This document shows, piece by piece, positions 1-8,121 of a stretch of 32,000 nt of DNA. The position numbers and the translations under genes were made by a program. This DNA comes from Bacteroidaceae bacterium (lineage in GTDB: Bacteria; Bacteroidota; Bacteroidia; Bacteroidales; Bacteroidaceae). Each line of letters begins with the position of its first letter. Position 1 is the stretch's first letter. Location of the stretch: NCBI GenBank assembly GCA_017461345.1, contig JAFTYP010000007.1:106291-138290 (forward strand), written 5' to 3'. The notes below the pieces were generated by a model. It had not been told where the DNA came from, made no database searches, and was given only the letters and a program-made list of their open reading frames with translations.

Positions 1-618
1 GGACTGGTTGCTCTCATCTGGGCAACGGTTGCCATGTATTTCTTCTACAACGAACCCACGCCCGGTTATGTGGAGATGGGCGGAGAAGATGTTCTTAGCA
101 AGGCACCAGGCATTGTAAATCTTGTGTGCAACAGTTGGCTGGGCGTCTTCGGAAGCATACTTGCCATCCTTGGAGTTGTTGCTGCACCTATTACGAGCGG
201 CGATACGGCTTTGCGTTCGGCACGTCTCATCATTGCCGACTTCATACATCTTGAGCAGAAGAGTATTCGCAAACGTCTTTACGTCTGCATTCCCATGTTT
301 GCTGCCGTCATTGCTTTGCTTGTGTGGCAGATGGAGAATCCTCAAGGCTTTGATGTAATATGGAGTCTGTTCGGCTGGAGCAATCAGACGCTTTCAGTCT
401 TTACATTGTGGGCCATCACCGTCTATCTTGCACAGCAACGCAAGTGTTATTGGATAACATTGCTGCCGGCTCTATTCATGACGGTTGTCTGCACCACCTA
501 TATTCTCATTGCTCCCGAAGGTTTCGGGCTCTCGTTTACAATAGGTCTTGCAGGTGGTTTGATGCTGATGTCTCTGTTTGCAGCCATATTCTTGAAATAT
601 AAAAACACTATTAAATAA
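1..618 (+). CDS. cstA: Carbon starvation protein CstA, C-terminal part (5' end outside window)
   Basis: Frame 1 is open from base 1 (GLVALIWATVA precedes the listed Met at 34). Polytopic membrane sequence with the CstA-like segment AAPITSGDTALRSARL. Stop at 616-618. Confidence 0.8.
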   Translation, partial: GLVALIWATVAMYFFYNEPTPGYVEMGGEDVLSKAPGIVNLVCNSWLGVFGSILAILGVVAAPITSGDTALRSARLIIADFIHLEQKSIRKRLYVCIPMFAAVIALLVWQMENPQGFDVIWSLFGWSNQTLSVFTLWAITVYLAQQRKCYWITLLPALFMTVVCTTYILIAPEGFGLSFTIGLAGGLMLMSLFAAIFLKYKNTIK

Positions 619-640
619 CCCATAATTACTTACATTCATT

Positions 641-1123
641 ATGAAGAAAATCATGTTTGCACTGCTTCTTGCAGTCGTTTCAACAAGCGCATTCGCTCAG
701 TTCGAGAAGGGAACAAAGTTTGTAGGTGCTAATCTCCAGGGCACAGGTTTTGGCATGGGATACAGCAAGAGCACAGACTTCCATATCGGTCTTCAGGCCA
801 ATGCCGGTTATTTTATTGAAGACAGTTGGATGCTGCTTGGCGAATTAGGCTGGGCACATCAGAATGGCAAAAGCAACGTAGGCCTTGGTGCAGGTGCCCG
901 TTACTACTTGCAGCAGAACGGTTTCTATTTCGGCGGTATGCTTAAGTACAAGCATATTCCTGCAAACTTCAATAATGTTTATCTGACACCAGAGGCAGGC
1001 TACTGCTTTTTCTTGAACGACCATGTCAGCATCGAGCCGGCTATCTATGTGGATATGTGCTTGAATCACTTCAAGGACTTCACCAATGTGGGTCTTAAAA
1101 TAGGCTTCGGCTACTACTTCTAA
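641..1123 (+). CDS. Small outer-membrane beta-barrel protein (OmpW/porin-family-like)
   Basis: ATG at 641. Signal peptide MKKIMFALLLAVVSTSAFAQ. Alternating Gly/aromatic beta-strand pattern. C-terminal GFGYYF ends in Phe, as is typical of OMPs. Confidence 0.7.
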   Translation: MKKIMFALLLAVVSTSAFAQFEKGTKFVGANLQGTGFGMGYSKSTDFHIGLQANAGYFIEDSWMLLGELGWAHQNGKSNVGLGAGARYYLQQNGFYFGGMLKYKHIPANFNNVYLTPEAGYCFFLNDHVSIEPAIYVDMCLNHFKDFTNVGLKIGFGYYF

Positions 1124-1161
1124 CCTACTGCACAAGTAAGGATATTCCATAAAATGTTCGA

Positions 1162-1196
1162 CCCTCTGAAGTCACAGGCTTCAGAGGGTTCTTTTA
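1162..1196 (+). terminator. Rho-independent terminator after the OMP gene
   Basis: Perfect 10-bp stem ccctctgaag (1162-1171) / cttcagaggg (1179-1188), 7-nt loop, then ttctttta. Confidence 0.75.
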
Positions 1197-1227
1197 TGTC
1201 AGCAACATCCTGCAGTCGGGTCAGCCA

Positions 1228-1410
1228 CCGCCACTCGTCCTTTTGCGCAAATGGACTGCAGGCGTGAAATTCTGCCACTCATTGACTCCTTAAACTTCTC
1301 GTGAGTAATTGCCAAACTTCTGCAGAGAAGTTGCCCGACTTCTCTGCAGAAGTTGGCGAAGTTCTCTTGTATGTTTTCTTAAGCCCTTTCAAGGTGTTTA
1401 TTTTTTGCTT
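1228..1410 (+). repeat. Intergenic repeat element, copy A (~170 bp), with a long central hairpin
   Basis: Aligns by eye to the reverse complement of 9421-9598. Matches include ttttgcgcaaatggactgcaggcgtgaaa vs ttttgccaagtggactgcaggcgtgaaa, and gttctcttgtatgttttcttaag vs gttctcttgagtgttttcttaac. Central hairpin 1317-1352: 14-bp arms cttctgcagagaag / cttctctgcagaag, loop ttgcccga. Ends in a weak stem plus a T-run (1381-1410). Confidence 0.8.
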
Positions 1411-1464
1411 GCTTTTTGTCGGGCACCAATAGTTGACTATATGCCACATTATTAAAGTTGACAT

Positions 1465-1503
1465 ATAAAGAAAGCCCCTGCAAGTCAACAGACTTGTAGG
1501 GGC
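1465..1503 (-). terminator. Rho-independent terminator downstream of ilvC
   Basis: 13-bp stem gcccctgcaagtc (1474-1486) / gacttgtaggggc (1491-1503) with one G-U pair and loop aaca. On the minus strand it is followed by TTTCTTTAT (1465-1473). Lies 35 nt after the ilvC stop. Confidence 0.75.
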
Positions 1504-1537
1504 AATTCTTTGTAAATATCGTTGTACGATATCTTTT

Positions 1538-2581
1538 TTAGTTGTTCTCGGGGCGAAGTGTACGAACTGTTTCTGCTGTACGCCACATTTCGCTCTCGTG
1601 CAAAGCAGCAAGTTCCTTCTCCAAGCCAACACGATAGTCGGGCTTTGAGTTGGCGTCGATGCTGATTTGAGCCTCGTTGCCACACTTTACAGAAGCATAA
1701 AGTTTCTCAACCACGGGCTTGATGGCATCGTGGAAGGGACCCATCCAGTCCAAAGCACCGCGCTGTGCAGTGGTAGAGCAGTTTGCATACATCCAGTCCA
1801 TACCTTTCTGTGCGAAGAGAGGCATAAGGCTTTGTGTGAGTTCCTCTACAGTCTCGTTGAATGCCTCGGAAGGAGTGTGACCGTTCTCACGAAGCACTTC
1901 ATACTGAGCCAGGAGCAAGCCCTGGATGGCACCCATCAGAGAGCCACGCTCGCCAGTGAGGTCGGATGTTGCTTCACGCTCGAAGGTTGTCTCGAAGAGA
2001 TAGCCTGAGCCAATGCCAATGCCGAGAGCCAATGTGCGCTCGAGAGCCTTGCCTGTAGCGTCGTTGTAAACAGCGTATGAACTGTTCAGGCCACGACCTT
2101 CGAGGAACATGGTGCGAAGGCTTGTGCCACTACCCTTAGGAGCAACCATGATAACATCGATGTCCTTAGAAGGAACGCAACCGGTGCGGTCGTTCCATGT
2201 GATAGCAAAGCCATGAGAGAAATAGAGAGCCTTGCCGGGAGTGAGATACTTCTGCAGAGTGGGCCATACGCTCATCACAGCAGCGTCGGACAGCAGACAC
2301 ATCACGATTGTACCCTTGTCGGCTGCTTCTTCAATAGAGAAAAGAGTCTCGCCGGGAACCCAACCGTCGGCAACAGCCTTCTCGTAGGTCTTGCCTTGAC
2401 GCTGACCAACAATAACATTGAAGCCATTGTCGCGCAGGTTACAAGCCTGGCCAGGACCTTGCACACCATAACCGATAACGGCGATGGTTTCGTCCTTCAG
2501 AATCTCACGTGCTTTTTCAAGAGGGAACTCCTCGCGAGTCATCACTTCTTCGATGACACCGCCAAAATTCATTTTTGCCAT
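1538..2581 (-). CDS. ilvC: Ketol-acid reductoisomerase
   Basis: 347 aa with ATG at 2581. N-terminal Rossmann segment IAVIGYGVQGPGQACNLRDNG and class I KARI-like sequence throughout. Confidence 0.95.
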   Translation of the reverse strand: MAKMNFGGVIEEVMTREEFPLEKAREILKDETIAVIGYGVQGPGQACNLRDNGFNVIVGQRQGKTYEKAVADGWVPGETLFSIEEAADKGTIVMCLLSDAAVMSVWPTLQKYLTPGKALYFSHGFAITWNDRTGCVPSKDIDVIMVAPKGSGTSLRTMFLEGRGLNSSYAVYNDATGKALERTLALGIGIGSGYLFETTFEREATSDLTGERGSLMGAIQGLLLAQYEVLRENGHTPSEAFNETVEELTQSLMPLFAQKGMDWMYANCSTTAQRGALDWMGPFHDAIKPVVEKLYASVKCGNEAQISIDANSKPDYRVGLEKELAALHESEMWRTAETVRTLRPENN

Positions 2582-2639
2582 AATTCTTGTTGATTTATTA
2601 TTTTTACATTCTTTTTAGTTATCCTGTCTGTTTGCGTTG

Positions 2640-2647
2640 CAAAGTTA
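2640..2647 (-). promoter_or_regulatory. Candidate Bacteroides-type -7 promoter element (TAACTTTG) upstream of ilvC
   Basis: Minus strand reads TAACTTTG, matching the TAnnTTTG consensus, 59 nt upstream of the ilvC ATG in an 88-nt AT-rich gap. No clear -33 TTTG. Confidence 0.4.
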
Positions 2648-2669
2648 CGACATTATATTTAATTTACCA

Positions 2670-3452
2670 CTATTTAAAATAAACTTTTGCCTGACAAACA
2701 ACTTCTTCCTTTTGGCCAGTCGAATCGCCGAACTTGCGGACTTCAACGTCTGTTTCGTTGTCGTCAATGACTTGTGTATAGAAACTTAGTTTGTCGCCAA
2801 GATATGATTCTGCCTTATAGGCAATCTCGAAACGTGAAAGTTGTCTCTCCTCGAAGTTCTCACGTGGAAAGAGGTTGAGAATATGCTCTATATACTTTAT
2901 ACTATTGATATGTCCGTTGATGTCCACATCGCTGTAATAGGTGTCGATGGCACGAACGAACTGCGGATCGTTGAAACGAAAACGTCCGTGACCTTCGATG
3001 GGACAAATGTTCTTCTCTTCCGGGACGATATAACGGAGAATGTCTCCATCGTATAGTGTCAGCAAGTCGCATGGTTTGCGAGTCTCCAAGTCTATCATGG
3101 CCCATACACTTCTGGCATAACCAAGCACTGTGCCATCGGAGCGATGGATGGAGAAGTTACGATTGGTAAATAACTTCATAACACTCTCTACCCACGTTTT
3201 TACATCACAATGCTCGTATTGCCTGGGCATTTCTTGCATTTCGATGCAGAGACGAGAGAGTACCCATGTGTGTTGAGTCTCGTTGAGTGCGCCGATGCCC
3301 CAACCACGTTTCTGCGAGTGATTGCCGGCAGCATTGAGCAAGTGGTTGCCTAAAACTCCAAGAAAGATTTTACCTGTGAAGTCTACATGGAAAGGCTCTA
3401 CGAAGAAAGGATGTGAGTCGATATATTTGTCTGCTGTTTGTGTATTATCCAT
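2670..3452 (-). CDS. Acyl-[acyl-carrier-protein] thioesterase (FatA/B-like, tandem hotdog)
   Basis: Strong resemblance to Bacteroides acyl-ACP thioesterases (EPFHVDFTGK, LGNHLLNAAG, WVLSRLCIEMQEMP, YSDVDINGHINSIKYIEHIL). I prefer the ATG at 3452 (MDNTQTADKY). The track start at 3548 would overlap ilvN by 86 nt. Confidence 0.9.
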   Translation of the reverse strand: MDNTQTADKYIDSHPFFVEPFHVDFTGKIFLGVLGNHLLNAAGNHSQKRGWGIGALNETQHTWVLSRLCIEMQEMPRQYEHCDVKTWVESVMKLFTNRNFSIHRSDGTVLGYARSVWAMIDLETRKPCDLLTLYDGDILRYIVPEEKNICPIEGHGRFRFNDPQFVRAIDTYYSDVDINGHINSIKYIEHILNLFPRENFEERQLSRFEIAYKAESYLGDKLSFYTQVIDDNETDVEVRKFGDSTGQKEEVVCQAKVYFK

Positions 3453-3462
3453 TCTGTTCAAT

Positions 3463-4347
3463 TCAATGATTCGTTTTCTCTTCCTTAGAACAGGTGGGGG
3501 CTTCTCTTTCTTCTTCACGTTTTGCAATGTATGCGTCAAGTCGTTCAACGCACGACTTTGTTACTGCAATCCGTCCGGTACGTACAAACTGCAATACACA
3601 GCCAATTGTGTCGAGTTGTGTGAAGAGTTCTATTACATCTGTCGTTATTCCGGTATTCTCCACAATAGTATAAGTAGGATTAACCTCAACGATACGTGCA
3701 TCGAAACGACGGACAATACATGAAATTTCTTTATTGGCAAGCACCATTGGCGTGGAAAGTTTCAACAAAGAAGTTTCAAGAATGAAGATTTCGTCATCGA
3801 CGAAGCAGTTGGCTTGCAGCACATCGATTTTCTTTTCAATCTGCCTTGTAAGCATTTCTGCCATTTCCTGCTTGCAGTAACATGTAATCGTGTATTTATG
3901 AACACCCGGAGTGGAGGATGCACATACGTTAAGACTTTCAATGTTTACCTGCCTGCGGGTGAAGACGGCTGTAATCTGATTGAGAATACCAGCAAAGTTT
4001 TCTGAATATATAATGAGCGTGTATAGCGTCAATCCGTCATGACTGAGCAATGCACCCTCGCGACCAGGCACTGTGGGACGAGCGACAGCATTACGGCTGA
4101 ATGTCTCCTTCTGCATGCCTTGTGCATTGTCTTGAGCGAATGTTGCACGACGCTGACGTGCAAGGTTCTTCTCAAAACTGTCTCGTTCAACGGCTGCTGC
4201 AGCAAGAACAGCATCATTAAACTGCAGATCGACGTTCTTTGGTGAGTTTGTGCTCTGTGTCTCTTGAGTCATCTCAAGTTCATCACATTTGCCACAAGTG
4301 TTGCAATCGCCACATTCTGCGGCACCGAATTTATTATTTGTTTTCAT
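3463..4347 (-). CDS. ilvN: Acetolactate synthase small (regulatory) subunit with an unusual ~105-aa N-terminal extension
   Basis: The C-terminal ~185 aa is ACT/IlvN-like (LYTLIIYSENFAGILNQITAVFTRRQVNIESLNV). The ATG at 4347 lies 3 nt after the ilvB stop (TAAGCAATG). The extension carries CGDCNTCGKC. An alternative internal GTG/TTG start cannot be excluded. Confidence 0.85.
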   Translation of the reverse strand: MKTNNKFGAAECGDCNTCGKCDELEMTQETQSTNSPKNVDLQFNDAVLAAAAVERDSFEKNLARQRRATFAQDNAQGMQKETFSRNAVARPTVPGREGALLSHDGLTLYTLIIYSENFAGILNQITAVFTRRQVNIESLNVCASSTPGVHKYTITCYCKQEMAEMLTRQIEKKIDVLQANCFVDDEIFILETSLLKLSTPMVLANKEISCIVRRFDARIVEVNPTYTIVENTGITTDVIELFTQLDTIGCVLQFVRTGRIAVTKSCVERLDAYIAKREEEREAPTCSKEEKTNH

Positions 4348-4350
4348 TGC

Positions 4351-6051
4351 TTAATTCACTTCTAAAAGCATTTCGTCCACATTTGCACCGGGAGGTGTCA
4401 TGGGCAGAACATTGTCTTCCTCTTTTACAGCACATTGCAAGAGGTAAGGACCGTCAGTTTCAAGCATCTCACGAATGGCAGCATCAAGTTCCTCTCTCTC
4501 GACGACAGTGCGGCATGGGATGTTATAACCGGCTGCAATCTTTTCATAATCGGGATTGAGCATGGGGGTGAAAGAGTAGCGTTTGTTGAAGAACATGTAT
4601 TGCCACTGTCTTACATTACCTAAATAATTATTGTTCAGGAGAATCATCTTCACTGGAATCTGGTTCTCCATGATGGTGCCAAGTTCTTGTATTGTCATCT
4701 GGAAACCACCGTCTCCGCAGAACATACAAACCGTCCTGTCGGGAGCACCATAACATGCACCCATTGCAGCCGGTATGCCAAAGCCCATTGTGCCGCAGCC
4801 ACCGCTTGTAACAATAGAACGTGGTTTGCTGAACTTAAAGTAACGACAACCAAACATTTGGTTCTGTCCGACATCCGTCACGAGAATGGCTTCGTTGTTG
4901 GCTGCCTCGCTTACTTTACGCACCACTTCACCCATCAGTAGTGGGCCTTCTGTGGGATTCAGTGCAGCATCAATGACTTTTGTATATTCCTTTTCGGCAT
5001 ATGGTTTGAAGCCATCAATCCATGCTTTGTGAGTTGTCGTTTCTACGAGTTTTGTCACTTCTGGCAATGTCTGTTTGCAGTCGCCAAGTACTGACAGAGT
5101 GGGTTTGACGTTTTTGCCAAGTTCCGATGGATCTATCTCAAAGTGAATAACCTTTGCCTGCTTTGCATACGATTTAAGATTACCCGTTACACGGTCGTCA
5201 AAGCGCATGCCTACAGCAATGAGCAGGTCGCATTGATTGGTCATGGTGTTTGGTGCGAGATTGCCATGCATGCCAAGCATGCCCATGTTTAGAGGATGGT
5301 CTGAAGGAGCAGCAGACAGGCCGAGAATGGTTGAAGCAAAAGGAATCTTTGCTTTTTCGCAGAGTTCAATAACTTCTTTGTTTGCGCCTGCCAGTTCAAC
5401 GCCTTGGCCAACGAGCATGAAAGGTTTTACGCTGTTGTTTATCATGCAAGCAGCCGTTTCATACGCTCCTTTCTCAGGAAGCGGATAGGGGTTATAACTG
5501 CGGATGAAGTCAACTTTCTGCGGAGCATACTCTATCATGGCTGTCTGGGCATTCTTTGCAAAGTCGAGCACAACGGGACCAGGCCTTCCGCTTTTAGCAA
5601 TGTAGAATGCACGTGCCACAGCCCAGGGGATGTCTTCTGCGCGTCGTATCTGGTAGTTCCATTTTGTGATGGGTTGTGTAACACCTACCACATCGACCTC
5701 TTGAAAGGCGTCTGTGCCGAGCATTGCAGCACCTACCTGACCACAGATGACAACCATTGGTGTGGAGTCTATCATGGCATCTGCCACACCAGTAATTGTG
5801 TTCATGGCACCAGGACCACTGGTTACGATGGCGCAACCGACTTTTCCGCTGACGCGTGCATAGCCTTGTGCTGCATGCACTGCAGCCTGTTCGTGACGGA
5901 CGAGGATGTGATGCAATGTTTCTTTGTGGTCGTAGAGCGCATCGTATGTGGGCATGATGGCTCCACCGGGATAACCGAAGAGCACCTCTACGCCCTCATG
6001 CTCGAGGCTTCGCATCAATGCCTCGGCACCGCTTATCTTTTCATTTGTCAT
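4351..6051 (-). CDS. ilvB: Acetolactate synthase large (catalytic) subunit, biosynthetic type
   Basis: 566 aa. ThDP enzyme with an AHAS-like N-terminus (GAEALMRSLEHEGVEVLFGYPGGAIMP) and the ThDP-binding motif GDGGFQM ... NN. ATG at 6051. Confidence 0.95.
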   Translation of the reverse strand: MTNEKISGAEALMRSLEHEGVEVLFGYPGGAIMPTYDALYDHKETLHHILVRHEQAAVHAAQGYARVSGKVGCAIVTSGPGAMNTITGVADAMIDSTPMVVICGQVGAAMLGTDAFQEVDVVGVTQPITKWNYQIRRAEDIPWAVARAFYIAKSGRPGPVVLDFAKNAQTAMIEYAPQKVDFIRSYNPYPLPEKGAYETAACMINNSVKPFMLVGQGVELAGANKEVIELCEKAKIPFASTILGLSAAPSDHPLNMGMLGMHGNLAPNTMTNQCDLLIAVGMRFDDRVTGNLKSYAKQAKVIHFEIDPSELGKNVKPTLSVLGDCKQTLPEVTKLVETTTHKAWIDGFKPYAEKEYTKVIDAALNPTEGPLLMGEVVRKVSEAANNEAILVTDVGQNQMFGCRYFKFSKPRSIVTSGGCGTMGFGIPAAMGACYGAPDRTVCMFCGDGGFQMTIQELGTIMENQIPVKMILLNNNYLGNVRQWQYMFFNKRYSFTPMLNPDYEKIAAGYNIPCRTVVEREELDAAIREMLETDGPYLLQCAVKEEDNVLPMTPPGANVDEMLLEVN

Positions 6052-6054
6052 AAA

Positions 6055-7899
6055 TCAGTCTATTATTCTTATTCCACCTTTGTCTGCACTTGCCACCGAT
6101 TGGGCATATGCTCTCAATGCTTTGCTTACGACGCGATTGCGACGTAACGGCTGTTGTGGACGAGCCGCAAGTTCTTCGTCGGTGAGTTTGACATTGATGG
6201 TACGACTTGGAATGTCGATGACGATGATGTCGCCATCTTTTATCTTGCCGATGTTTCCACCACTGGCTGCTTCGGGGCTGATGTGTCCGATTGAAAGACC
6301 GGATGTGCCGCCGGAGAAGCGGCCGTCTGTAATGAGGGCACACTCCTTGCCCATGTGCATACTCTTAATGTACGAAGTGGGGTAGAGCATCTCCTGCATG
6401 CCGGGACCGCCTTTCGGTCCTTCGTGTGTGATGACTACGCAGTCGCCTTTCTTTACCTTGCCGCTGAGGATGCCTTCGCAAGCATCTTCCTGAGAGTCGA
6501 ATACAACGGCAGGACCTTCGAAGTGCAAGAGTTCAGGAGCAACGCCTGCAGTCTTTACGACGCAACCGTCTTGAGCGATGTTGCCGAAGAGGACAGCCAT
6601 GCCGCCGTCTTTCATGTAGGCATGTTCTATGTCGCGTATGCAGCCGTTTTCGCGGTCGGTGTCGAGTTCGTCCCAGTATGTTTCCTGCGAACCCATGACA
6701 TTGCTGAACTTCCCACCAGGTGCACAACCATAGATGTCGCCAACTTCTTTGCTGACAGGTGCCATCGGGTCGTTGCTCCATGTGCCGTCTGCATTGAGTG
6801 TGAGACCGGTGATAGAATACTTTTGTATGTCTTCGCCGAGCGTTGCACCATTGACGCGCTTGCAGGAGAGGTCGAGCAAGTTGCCTTTGGCGAGTTCTCC
6901 AAGTATGCCGAGTATGCCGCCGGCACGGTTTTCTTCTTGTATGCTGTACTTCTGCCAGTTGGGCGAGAGTTTGCAGAGGAAGGGAACCTTACGGCTCAGT
7001 GCGTCGATGTCTTGCATCTTGAAGTCCACTCCGCCTTCTTGTGCAACGGCCAGCAGGTGGAGCACTGTGTTGGTGCTTGCGCCCATGGCAATGTCGAGTG
7101 TCATGGCATTGAGGAAAGCCTGACGTGTAGCGATGCTGCGTGGCAGAACCGATTCGTCACCGTCCTGGTAGTATGCAAAGGCGTTTTTGACGATAATCTT
7201 TGCAGCGTCCTTGAAGAGGTTTATGCGGTTCTTGTGTGTGGCAAGGATGCTTCCGTTGCCGGGCAGCGAGAGGCCGATGGCTTCGGTCAGCGAGTTCATG
7301 GAGTTTGCTGTGAACATACCGGAGCAAGCACCGCAGCCTGGACAAGCCATCTGCTCTACCTTTGCCAGTTCTTCGTCGCTGACTGTTGTGTCGCCACCCT
7401 TCACCATAGCGGTGATGAGGTCGGCATTCTCGCCATTCAGTTTGTGCGATTCCATGGGACCGCCACTGACGAAGATTGCAGGGATGTTGAGTCGCATGGC
7501 AGCCATCAGCATGCCGGGTGTCACCTTGTCGCAGTTGGAAATGCAAACCATGGCATCGGCTTTGTGTGCATTGACCATGTATTCCACCGAGTCGGCAATG
7601 ATGTCGCGCGATGGCAGGGAGTAGAGCATACCGTCGTGCCCCATGGCAATGCCGTCGTCTATGGCAATGGTGTTGAACTCGGCGGCATAGCAACCGAGTT
7701 TTTCTATTTCTTGTTTTACGATTTGTCCTATTTCGTGGAGATGCGTGTGACCAGGCACAAACTGTGTGAACGAGTTGACAACTGCAATGATTGGTTTGCC
7801 GAATTGTTCGCGCTTCATGCCGTTAGCCACCCAGAGCGCTCTTGCTCCGGCCATGCGTCTGCCTTCGGTGCAGACAGCGCTGCGAAGTTTATGTTTCAT
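6055..7899 (-). CDS. ilvD: Dihydroxy-acid dehydratase
   Basis: 614 aa. IlvD/Edd family with the Fe-S ligand region CDKVTPGM and the C-terminal [14 protein letters not shown] motif. Its stop lies 3 nt before the ilvB ATG. Confidence 0.95.
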   Translation of the reverse strand: MKHKLRSAVCTEGRRMAGARALWVANGMKREQFGKPIIAVVNSFTQFVPGHTHLHEIGQIVKQEIEKLGCYAAEFNTIAIDDGIAMGHDGMLYSLPSRDIIADSVEYMVNAHKADAMVCISNCDKVTPGMLMAAMRLNIPAIFVSGGPMESHKLNGENADLITAMVKGGDTTVSDEELAKVEQMACPGCGACSGMFTANSMNSLTEAIGLSLPGNGSILATHKNRINLFKDAAKIIVKNAFAYYQDGDESVLPRSIATRQAFLNAMTLDIAMGASTNTVLHLLAVAQEGGVDFKMQDIDALSRKVPFLCKLSPNWQKYSIQEENRAGGILGILGELAKGNLLDLSCKRVNGATLGEDIQKYSITGLTLNADGTWSNDPMAPVSKEVGDIYGCAPGGKFSNVMGSQETYWDELDTDRENGCIRDIEHAYMKDGGMAVLFGNIAQDGCVVKTAGVAPELLHFEGPAVVFDSQEDACEGILSGKVKKGDCVVITHEGPKGGPGMQEMLYPTSYIKSMHMGKECALITDGRFSGGTSGLSIGHISPEAASGGNIGKIKDGDIIVIDIPSRTINVKLTDEELAARPQQPLRRNRVVSKALRAYAQSVASADKGGIRIID

Positions 7900-7936
7900 T
7901 GTTTTTTTGTGTTATCCTTAAAAAAAATATGAGTCG

Positions 7937-7944
7937 CAAAGTTA
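7937..7944 (-). promoter_or_regulatory. Candidate -7 promoter element (TAACTTTG) of the ilv operon
   Basis: Minus strand reads TAACTTTG, 38 nt upstream of the ilvD ATG. A TTTTG (7968-7972) lies 23 nt further upstream as a possible -33 element. Confidence 0.5.
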
Positions 7945-8063
7945 ATACAAATCTTTCATTTAGCCAACAAAACGTCACTTTATTGTGCATTATATTGTCA
8001 AAATGATATTCTTCCTTGTCTATTGAGGCTCATTTGTTTAGCATAAGTGAGCCAATATTGTAT

Positions 8064-8098
8064 AAAAGAAAAGCATCTGCAAATGGATGCAGATGCTT
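8064..8098 (-). terminator. Rho-independent terminator downstream of the LRR gene
   Basis: Stem aagcatctgca (8071-8081) / tgcagatgctt (8088-8098), loop aatgga. On the minus strand it is followed by TTTTCTTTTAT. Confidence 0.75.
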
Positions 8099-8121
8099 AT
8101 GTGGGTGATTGTTGGTGATGT

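Noticed and set aside
1279-1683. ORFs 1279..1683 (-), 9436..9654 (+) and 9301..9519 (-). The first two share a KRTSxTSAEK...FSAEVxQLL peptide, which suggested a small repeated protein.
   Set aside because: The similarity is at the nucleotide level and comes from the intergenic repeat and its palindromic core. The ORFs run into ilvC or across terminator-like hairpins, and they have no start context or domain.
3453-3548. Longer N-terminus for the acyl-ACP thioesterase (track start 3548).
   Set aside because: It would overlap the ilvN 3' end by 86 nt and adds a Lys/Arg-rich segment absent from the thioesterase family. The ATG at 3452 gives a family-typical N-terminus 10 nt after ilvN.
6355-7932. 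Very long plus-strand ORF (525 aa) antisense to ilvD. Similar long antisense ORFs are 5404..6147 (ilvB), 17750..18478 (GH76), 20206..21012 (nifJ), 25440..27026 (528 aa, proS) and 29035..30090 (aspC).
   Set aside because: Each is codon-aligned with the real gene on the other strand; the coordinates have the same value modulo 3. Their openness therefore only reflects the absence of TTA, CTA and TCA codons in the sense genes. The translations are Cys/His/Val-rich low-information sequences with no recognisable domains. They are shadow ORFs, not overlapping genes.
7900-8063. Searched for an ilv leader peptide or attenuator upstream of ilvD.
   Set aside because: The distance from the promoter motif to the ATG is only ~38 nt. 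No short Ile/Val/Leu-rich ORF and no alternative terminator/antiterminator hairpins were seen. The only stem (ggctca...tgagcc, 8024-8053) is weak and lies upstream of the promoter motif.
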